This document shows, piece after piece, positions 1 through 5,662 of a DNA stretch of 11,174 nucleotides. This DNA is from Candidatus Hadarchaeales archaeon (lineage in GTDB: Archaea > Hadarchaeota > Hadarchaeia > Hadarchaeales > Hadarchaeaceae). The stretch lies in assembly GCA_038851565.1 (NCBI GenBank), contig JAWCKV010000027.1, positions 1 through 11,174 of the forward strand, read 5' to 3'. The notes beneath the pieces are model-generated. The model worked only from the letters and a program-made list of their open reading frames with translations, was not told the origin of the DNA and made no database searches. Position numbers and translations under genes: made by a program. The stretch's first letter is position 1; each line of letters starts with the position of its first letter.

Positions 1-43
1 ATGGCTTAAATCCCTTCCTTTTTCAGCCGGGCGTTTTTTCGAT

Positions 44-56
44 TGTGTTTAAACCA
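44..56 (+). promoter_or_regulatory. Putative archaeal TATA box for the DHH gene
   Basis: TTTAAA at 48-53, about 30 nt upstream of the likely TTG start at 85. Position fits; BRE is poor. Confidence 0.4.
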
Positions 57-84
57 AGTGCGCGAAATTAATAAAGGTGTGCTC

Positions 85-1071
85 TTGCCTGTCAGGATAC
101 TGGCCCACGGAGATGCGGACGGGATATGCGCTGCTGCCCTTGTCAAATCAAGATTCCCGGATGCTGAGGTCTGGTTCGCCAGGCCGGTAAGCCTCCCCCG
201 ATATCTTGCCGAGGTCGAACCCGGAACCACCGTGATCATATGCGATGTTGCCATAAGCGAGACCCAGAAGGAGGACCTGTTCAAGCGCATCCGTGAGCTT
301 GCGCAGAGGGACGAGGTGATATACATGGACCACCATCCGCTGCCGCCGGATACCCTCAAGAAGGATGTTCCTGCGACGCAGTTCGCGCACGAGATAGGGG
401 TCAGCACATCTGAGCTTGCCTTCAGGATATTCATTCAGGACCAGAGGTCTGACCTCGACCGCGTGGCTCTCTGGGGAGCGATAGGGGACTACTGCGAGGA
501 GACGGACTTTGTCAGGGACGGCCTGAGCAAGTACGACAGGCGCACAGTGTACATGGAGGCGGGCCTGCTCAGCCAGGCCCTGGGAGACGCGGCTGGAGAT
601 TACGACTACAAGAGGGAGGTGGTGCTCAGGCTTTCCAGGGGGGAGCTCCCGACTGAGATACCTGGAATAGTCGACAGGGCGATAAAGGCCACCAGAAAGG
701 AGTGGGAGACGTACGAGTACGTGAAGGGGCACGTGGTTAAGGAGGGCAACCTGGCCATAGTCTACGACCTCCCATCCGGGAGCCTTGGAAAGGCGGCGAT
801 GCACGCGCTTGGCGTAGCAGGGACAGACGTCGGCCTCTGCACGAGAAGAGACGAGAACGAGGTGGACGTCAGCTTGAGGAGAAGGGCGGGAGCGAAAATA
901 GACCTTAACCTGCTTTTGAGGCATATAACTGCCAGGCTCGGAGGCTCAGGGGGAGGGCATGAGGGGGCTGCCGGTGCCACGATTCCCGTAGATCTCCTGC
1001 CGGTCTTCATTGAAACCCTGAAAAAGGAGATAGCTCCCGTGATCGGAAGGGAGCCCGGCCTGAGGAGGTAG
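85..1071 (+). CDS. DHH/DHHA1 family phosphoesterase (RecJ/NrnA-like)
   Basis: Motifs in order: HGDADG (DxD), ICDVA, MDHHP (DHH), STSEL, AIGD, SLRR, C-terminal GGSGGGHEGAAG (DHHA1). Start moved from 43 to TTG at 85 (GTG at 79 possible) because SD-like AAGGTG lies at 74-79. Confidence 0.88.
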   Translation: MPVRILAHGDADGICAAALVKSRFPDAEVWFARPVSLPRYLAEVEPGTTVIICDVAISETQKEDLFKRIRELAQRDEVIYMDHHPLPPDTLKKDVPATQFAHEIGVSTSELAFRIFIQDQRSDLDRVALWGAIGDYCEETDFVRDGLSKYDRRTVYMEAGLLSQALGDAAGDYDYKREVVLRLSRGELPTEIPGIVDRAIKATRKEWETYEYVKGHVVKEGNLAIVYDLPSGSLGKAAMHALGVAGTDVGLCTRRDENEVDVSLRRRAGAKIDLNLLLRHITARLGGSGGGHEGAAGATIPVDLLPVFIETLKKEIAPVIGREPGLRR

Positions 1072-1111
1072 GTGGCGCCGGGGGGAGGACTCGAACCTCC
1101 GACCTCACGGT

Positions 1112-1168
1112 TTCAGCACGGCGCGCGTCGTCCATTTTTCATGGAGGTTCGCTCTTCATCCGCGCGTT
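1112..1168 (-). other. 57-nt tRNA intron at canonical position 37/38
   Basis: Interrupts the anticodon loop after GUUA. BHB geometry: C32-U35 (CUGU) against intron GCUG (one U-U mismatch, one U-G), bulges UA^A and AA^A, intron helix ACGCGCG with CGCG(C)CGU. Confidence 0.9.
1113..1159 (-). ncRNA. Putative intron-encoded box C/D guide sRNA
   Basis: C AUGAAGA (1159-1153), 10-nt guide GCGAACCUCC, D' AUGA (1142-1139), AAAA, degenerate C' UGGACGA (1134-1128), 11-nt guide CGCGCGCCGUG, D CUGA (1116-1113). Order and spacer lengths match archaeal C/D sRNAs. Confidence 0.65.
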
Positions 1169-1197
1169 TAACAGCCGTGCGCTCTACCTGCTGAGCT

Positions 1198-1216
1198 TTC
1201 GGGCTGCTGGCACAGC
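1198..1216 (-). other. 19-nt non-canonical tRNA intron at position 8/9
   Basis: Insert GCUGUGCCAGCAGCCCGAA between U8 and A9. Strict hBHBh': G1C2/G10C11, bulge AA^A, central helix CGGG/CCCG, bulge GU^G, intron helix CUGU/GCAG with GCCA loop. Confidence 0.85.
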
Positions 1217-1232
1217 ACCCCGGCACCCCGGC
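1217..1232 (-). repeat. Exact tandem duplication of tRNA nt 1-8 (GCCGGGGT x2)
   Basis: Minus strand reads GCCGGGGT GCCGGGGT GC at 1232-1225 and 1224-1217. Confidence 0.95.
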
Positions 1233-1257
1233 GTCATTTCTCAATTTTGATGTGGCG

Positions 1258-1270
1258 CTAATAAGCCCTT
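1258..1270 (-). promoter_or_regulatory. Putative BRE/TATA promoter of the tRNA-Asn gene
   Basis: Minus strand AAGGG-CTTATTAG, about 26-30 nt upstream of the first GCCGGGG, in the gap after the pps stop. Confidence 0.55.
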
Positions 1271-1276
1271 GGGTGG

Positions 1277-2029
1277 CTACCCGCTGGCGACTCCCTTCAG
1301 GATCAGGGCCAGCGATTCCCGTAGATTCCTTTTGTTGTCGAATTTTTCCACGATTTCCTCAAGGCGCGCATGGCTCATCTTCTTTATCCTCCCGCATTCC
1401 CTGATCAGAAGCGGCATTGTCCTTGTCACATTGTCCACGATAGTCACGCTGGCCGCCCTCGCTGTTCTGGACAGGGGATTCAGGTCTATGGCTATGATCT
1501 TCTTTCCCAGCTTTCTCAGCGCCTGTGTCCGGTCGCCGTCCTCCAGCGGCACGAGCACTACATCTGCAGCCGCTATCCCTCTCCTGTCCACAACCCTTCT
1601 TTCGCTGTGTACCTCGGGAATGCGCTTGAGGAATCCTGCCTCGGTTCCCAGAACCCTCGCGGCTCCGTGCGCCTTGAGCCATTTTTCTATCCTCCTTATT
1701 CTCTCCCCGGATCTGTGAAACAGGTTGACCTCGATCTCAGATCCCGTGATCCTCGCAAGCCTCACGGTTTCACGTGGAACTAGGGCAGCCGTATTTCCAT
1801 TGACCGATATCACCGGATGTCTTGCGAGAAGCATGAGGGCTGCAGCGGCCCTTACTGCCCGCCTTGCCGGTTCCGTGGTTTTCTCCCCAAGCAGGTAGTC
1901 AAACGCCTCTCCTCTTCCGTGAGCAGCCAGCCCCTCGGGGACCACCATCCCGCGCCTGAACCCTTTAACTATTTTTTCCCTCATGCGAAGAGATTCTGCA
2001 CGCGGGTGACGTGGGGAGATGTATGACAT
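1277..2029 (-). CDS. pps: 4-phosphopantoate--beta-alanine ligase (archaeal phosphopantothenate synthetase, COG1701)
   Basis: Signature motifs HPRAESL, GLAAHGRGEAFDYLLGEKT, PVISVNGN, EVNLFHRS, ADVVLVPLEDGDR, IDLNPLSRTA, IVDN. True start is ATG 2029 (MSYISPRHPR, 250 aa); the ORF-track extension to 2281 overlaps the opposite gene. Confidence 0.95.
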   Translation of the reverse strand: MSYISPRHPRAESLRMREKIVKGFRRGMVVPEGLAAHGRGEAFDYLLGEKTTEPARRAVRAAAALMLLARHPVISVNGNTAALVPRETVRLARITGSEIEVNLFHRSGERIRRIEKWLKAHGAARVLGTEAGFLKRIPEVHSERRVVDRRGIAAADVVLVPLEDGDRTQALRKLGKKIIAIDLNPLSRTARAASVTIVDNVTRTMPLLIRECGRIKKMSHARLEEIVEKFDNKRNLRESLALILKGVASG

Positions 2030-2056
2030 CCTATCAGGTGAAGTACTCTGCCCGGG

Positions 2057-2072
2057 AGAAAAGCTTTTTGAA
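2057..2072. promoter_or_regulatory. Putative bidirectional promoter core with palindrome AAAAGCTTTT
   Basis: Palindrome at 2059-2068 lies in the 61-bp gap between divergent starts (2029 and 2091). Each strand reads purine run then T-rich box about 25-33 nt before an ATG. Confidence 0.4.
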
Positions 2073-2090
2073 GCGTCGATTTTATCTCTA

Positions 2091-2771
2091 ATGGATAACA
2101 TGAGGATAAACCCCCTGGCCATAATCCCTCTTGCGCTGGCCATGCTTGCGCTCGTCATCTCAGCATTCACAGTGGGCTGGTCCCCATCTCTCATGGCGAT
2201 CACCATTGGACTGGCAGTTGCCACCGCCCTGGTTGCGATCGCCACCCTCTTCCAGTACACGAGGTCTTCCGCCGAGGCCAAGCAGGTCCCGGTTGAGAAC
2301 TTCTCGCTGTGGGCAGATGTGGGGGAGCCGGCCGCGGAGCTGAGGCGTATGGGGTATGAAAATGTTCAGGCGGCCGTTAGGATAGCAGCGGCAGACCTGG
2401 GATCCCTCGCCGCCAACGCGGAGCTCCTGTCAGCCAGAATTGCCATGTTGCTGGGCAAGGAGGGCTTTGCGGAGCTAAGCTCGTCAGGGGTTCACAGGGA
2501 GGTTGAGAAGATAGCGCGCGGAGTCAACTTGGTGGTCGAAAAGCTCAGATCCGGAAATGGCCTCTCCCCGGAGATCGTGGCCCCGCTTGAGGAGCATGCT
2601 TCCTCGGCGGACAGGGTGGCGAATAAGCTCTTCGAGTTCGAGAAGGGAAAGTCGGAGGTCGTGAGGATATACGTGGATCCCCTCCGCAGGGCTTCTGAAA
2701 AGCTCTCCAGGGATCTCAGGGTGGCGTTCGGCAACATAAATTCGTTCATTTCAGGAAAGCCGCCCCAGTGA
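2091..2771 (+). CDS. Hypothetical membrane protein: two N-terminal TM helices plus alpha-helical soluble domain
   Basis: Hydrophobic stretches LAIIPLALAMLALVISAFTVGW and LMAITIGLAVATALVAIATLF, then about 170 aa rich in A/E/L/R/S. Fills the gap between pps and the GTPase, ending 9 bp before it. Start 2091 or 2100. No family recognised. Confidence 0.75.
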   Translation: MDNMRINPLAIIPLALAMLALVISAFTVGWSPSLMAITIGLAVATALVAIATLFQYTRSSAEAKQVPVENFSLWADVGEPAAELRRMGYENVQAAVRIAAADLGSLAANAELLSARIAMLLGKEGFAELSSSGVHREVEKIARGVNLVVEKLRSGNGLSPEIVAPLEEHASSADRVANKLFEFEKGKSEVVRIYVDPLRRASEKLSRDLRVAFGNINSFISGKPPQ

Positions 2772-2780
2772 GGGAAATAT

Positions 2781-4028
2781 TTGAAAAAGCCCCACGTCAA
2801 TCTTGTCTTCATTGGCCACGTTGATCACGGCAAGTCCACCCTCATAGGCAGGATACTTGTTGAGCTGGGGATAGCCTCAGAGAAGGACCTGTCGCCGGAA
2901 GCGGGAAGCTTCAAGTTCGCCTGGTTGATGGACCGGGAGAAGGAGGAGCGCGAGAGGGGGCTCACGATCGACATAGCCTACCAGAAGATAGAGACATCCA
3001 GAAACGTGATAACAATAATAGACGCTCCTGGTCACAGGGACTTCGTGAAGAACATGATAACAGGGGCAAGCCAAGCCGACGCCGCTGTTCTTGTGGTGGC
3101 AGCGGACGATGGGATAATGCCGCAGACGAGGGAGCACGTCGCACTCGCATTCACCCTCGGGGTAAATCAGCTGGTGGTTGCCATAAACAAGATGGACCTC
3201 GTCGGATACGAGCAGAAGGTCTACTCGGAGCTGAGGGAGAAGCTGATCTCGCTGCTGACCAGCGTCGGGTACAGGAGGGCGGAGGAGTTCCAGTACATCC
3301 CAATTGCTGCGTTTCACGGGGAGGGGATAAAGGCGCACAGCGCCAAGATGCCCTGGTACAGGGGCCCCACCATCATTGAGGCCATCGAGGCCCTCGTTGA
3401 GCCGCCAAAGCCGGTTGAAAAGCCCCTCCGGGTGCCAATTCAGGAGGTCTACTCGATAACCGGAGTGGGCGTTGTGCCTATAGGGAGGGTTGAGACAGGG
3501 GTGTTGAAGGTGGGCGACAGGGTTATTTTCGAGCCGGCGGGGAAGGTGGGGGAGGTCAGATCAATAGAGATGCACCATGAACCGCTGGAGAGGGCGGAAC
3601 CGGGGGACAACATAGGTTTCAGCGTGAGGGGAGTGTCCAAGGGCGAGATAAGAAGAGGCGATGTGGCAGGTCCTCCGGACAGGCCTCCGACCGTGACGAG
3701 GGAGTTCGTGGGAAAAATAATCGTCCTCACGGTGCCCACCGAGCTCTCTTCCGGATTCGCACCGCTTTTCCACTGTCACGCCGCCCACTCTCCGGGAAGG
3801 TTCGTTGAGATTCTTCAGAGAATAGATCCCCGCACCGGAGGCGTTGTGGAGGAGAATCCAAGAGCCCTGAGAAGGGGGGACGCGGGGCTGGTCCGCGTGG
3901 TTCTTGATAAGCCCATGGTGATTGAACGGGCGGGAGATCTTCCGGAGCTGAGCAGGTTCGCGGTGAGGCACGGAGGCCAGACGATAGCGGCAGGCATATG
4001 CACGGACCTTGTTCCCCTAAAGAGTTAG
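2781..4028 (+). CDS. tuf: Translation elongation factor EF-1alpha-like GTPase (probable divergent paralog)
   Basis: G1 GHVDHGKST, switch I ERERGLTI, G3 DAPGHRDFVKNMITG, G4 NKMD, domain II GRVETG, SIEMHH, PGDNIGF, domain III RFAVR. TTG start after SD-like GAGGGA. Confidence 0.92.
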   Translation: MKKPHVNLVFIGHVDHGKSTLIGRILVELGIASEKDLSPEAGSFKFAWLMDREKEERERGLTIDIAYQKIETSRNVITIIDAPGHRDFVKNMITGASQADAAVLVVAADDGIMPQTREHVALAFTLGVNQLVVAINKMDLVGYEQKVYSELREKLISLLTSVGYRRAEEFQYIPIAAFHGEGIKAHSAKMPWYRGPTIIEAIEALVEPPKPVEKPLRVPIQEVYSITGVGVVPIGRVETGVLKVGDRVIFEPAGKVGEVRSIEMHHEPLERAEPGDNIGFSVRGVSKGEIRRGDVAGPPDRPPTVTREFVGKIIVLTVPTELSSGFAPLFHCHAAHSPGRFVEILQRIDPRTGGVVEENPRALRRGDAGLVRVVLDKPMVIERAGDLPELSRFAVRHGGQTIAAGICTDLVPLKS

Positions 4029-4843
4029 GGCCTGAGCAGGGTGGGCGGAGCGAGTTTGTGTTCGGTTCTCCTCTCCCTCTCGATGAACTTTATGACGGTG
4101 TCCTGGTCCACGCCTGCGCATCTTGCGATTGTGGCGGGCCTCAGCTTAAGGTCTAGCCCCGCATATATCACGTCCAGCTTTTCGTACGGGATGCCGAGTT
4201 CCCCCTCATCCGTCTGTCCCCTCCACAGCCCTGCCGATGGCTTTTTTCCTATTATATGCCTTGGGACTCCAAGATACCCCGCAAGCTGCAGCACCTGGGT
4301 TTTGTACAGGTGCCCTATTGGCAGCAGGTCTGCCCCCCCGTCCCCGAACTTGGTGAAGTAACCCGCCCTGATCTCGCTCCTGTTGCCACACCCAAGGACC
4401 ACGCCGTTCAGGAGGTTTGCATAGTAGTAGAGAACCGTCATCCGTATCCTGGGCTTCAGGTTGGCAAGGGGGAGCGGATTCTCGCCCGTCTTGTCCGGGA
4501 GTATCCCCATCAGGCTCTGTATGGCGGGGGAGATCTCTATGATCCTGAACCTTATCCCCAAGGAGGTCGCCACTTCCCGTGCGTCCGCAACGTCATGCGG
4601 ATCCGTGACGTTGCTTTCTGGAAGCGATATTCCAAGAACGCTCTTTCCACCCAGGGCCCTGGCGGCCAGCGACGCGACCACGCTGGAATCAACGCCTCCA
4701 CTCATCCCGATTATCGCCCAGTTCGCCCCAGCCTTTCTGAAGACCTCTGAGATGAAACTTCCTATCCTCCGTGTCTCCTTGTCCGGGTTTATCCTCAGGT
4801 ACTCCGCTATTCTCTCCGAGGCAGTTTTGGCGCTCATTTCCAT
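4025..4843 (-). CDS. nadE: NH3-dependent NAD+ synthetase
   Basis: SGGVDS PP-loop, NLKPRIRM, GNRSE, GYFTKFGDG, LYKTQV, KPSAGLW-GQTDEGELG. No glutaminase domain. Start 4843 or 4837. Confidence 0.96.
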   Translation of the reverse strand: MEMSAKTASERIAEYLRINPDKETRRIGSFISEVFRKAGANWAIIGMSGGVDSSVVASLAARALGGKSVLGISLPESNVTDPHDVADAREVATSLGIRFRIIEISPAIQSLMGILPDKTGENPLPLANLKPRIRMTVLYYYANLLNGVVLGCGNRSEIRAGYFTKFGDGGADLLPIGHLYKTQVLQLAGYLGVPRHIIGKKPSAGLWRGQTDEGELGIPYEKLDVIYAGLDLKLRPATIARCAGVDQDTVIKFIERERRTEHKLAPPTLLRP

Positions 4844-4846
4844 CTC

Positions 4847-5662
4847 CTAGAACCTTCTCGGGTAGGAGCCCAGGACCTTCAGCATCGCTGTTTTTTTTCT
4901 TACTCCCTCAATTGCCTCCTTAACGGTCGGGTCCTCCCTGTGGCCCTCGAGATCTATGAAGAAGAGGTAATCCCCGAGCGCTTTTTTGGAGGGACGGGAC
5001 TCTATCTTTGTTAGATTTATCCTTCTCGACGAGAATTCCCCGAGGATCTCGTGGAGTATGCCAGGCCTGTCCCTGGCGGTGTAGAATACTATTGAGGTCT
5101 TGTCCTTCCCGGTCCTGCCGGAGTCCGATCTGGAAATGCATAGGAATCTGGTGAGGTTCGGTTCAGCAACTTTGACCTCATCAAGCACCTTCAGCCCGTA
5201 GATCCCCGCAAGCTCCCTGGGCCCCAGCGCAGCGATGTCGTCCGATCCGGCGTTTTTCACCTCCTCGGCCGCCCGTGCCGTGCTTGCCGTTTCCACGGTT
5301 TCCGCCCCTGGGAGCTTTTTCCTCAGGTATTCTCTGCACTGGGCCAGGGCCTGCGGGTGAGAGAGGACCTTCATCACCTTTTTGATGTTTGAGCCCCGGT
5401 TTCCGAGCAGGAAGTGATCAACTCGATAGACGATTTCTCCCCGCACCCTGAGCTCCATCCATGCAAGAGCGTCGAGGGTTTCCCCAACTGATCCGTTTCT
5501 GAGGCTCTCGACCGGAACTACCCCCACATCAACTCTTCCATCGACTACGGCCTCAGCCACATCCGTTATGGTTGGGAAATAGACCAGTTCACACCTCCCG
5601 TACTCCTGCCTCGCCGCGAGTTCCGCATAGGTGCCTCTGGGACCCAGAACCCCCACCCTCAT
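4847..5662 (-). CDS. pheA: Monofunctional prephenate dehydratase with ACT domain
   Basis: LGPRGTY, VVPVES, SHPQALAQC, STARAA, NLTRF, and ACT domain DRPGIL...INLTKIESRP...YLFFID...LGSYP. Confidence 0.96.
   Translation of the reverse strand: MRVGVLGPRGTYAELAARQEYGRCELVYFPTITDVAEAVVDGRVDVGVVPVESLRNGSVGETLDALAWMELRVRGEIVYRVDHFLLGNRGSNIKKVMKVLSHPQALAQCREYLRKKLPGAETVETASTARAAEEVKNAGSDDIAALGPRELAGIYGLKVLDEVKVAEPNLTRFLCISRSDSGRTGKDKTSIVFYTARDRPGILHEILGEFSSRRINLTKIESRPSKKALGDYLFFIDLEGHREDPTVKEAIEGVRKKTAMLKVLGSYPRRF

Larger units (their letters stand above)
1073..1224 (-). tRNA. tRNA-Asn(GUU) with encoded CCA and two introns (8/9 and 37/38)
   Basis: Joining exons 1224-1217, 1197-1169 and 1111-1073 gives a perfect cloverleaf: GCCGGGG UA GCUC AGCAGGUA GAGC G CACGG CUGUUAA CCGUG AGGUC GGAGG UUCGAGU CCUCC CCCCGGC G CCA. 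Anticodon GUU at 1172-1170; discriminator G73 fits Asn. The 5' end could alternatively be 1232 (duplicated octamer), giving the same mature tRNA. Confidence 0.93.

Noticed and set aside
1..40. T-rich tracts and a minus-strand AAGGGA-TTTAAG element at the left edge
   Set aside because: Could be a terminator or a divergent promoter for a gene outside the window; cannot be resolved without flanking sequence.
1198..1224. Alternative model with tRNA 5' end at 1232 and a 27-nt intron
   Set aside because: Same mature tRNA, but the inner helix has only one pair before a mismatch, whereas the 19-nt model gives a strict BHB. Disfavoured, not excluded.
1073..1232. tRNA pseudogene, split tRNA or integration site (att) of a mobile element
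   Set aside because: Exons give a perfect cloverleaf in linear order with splice motifs at both inserts. No duplicated tRNA 3' end or integrase seen in the window.
2030..2281. N-terminal extension of the pps ORF in the track (334 aa)
   Set aside because: Family similarity begins at MSYISPRHPR (2029); the extension is antisense to the membrane-protein gene and crosses the promoter gap.
2781..4028. SelB, aIF2-gamma or CysN identity for the GTPase
   Set aside because: Motifs (FKFAW.MD, RDFVKNMITG, MPWY.GPT, SIEMHH) are EF-1alpha-type, and there is no C-terminal domain IV.
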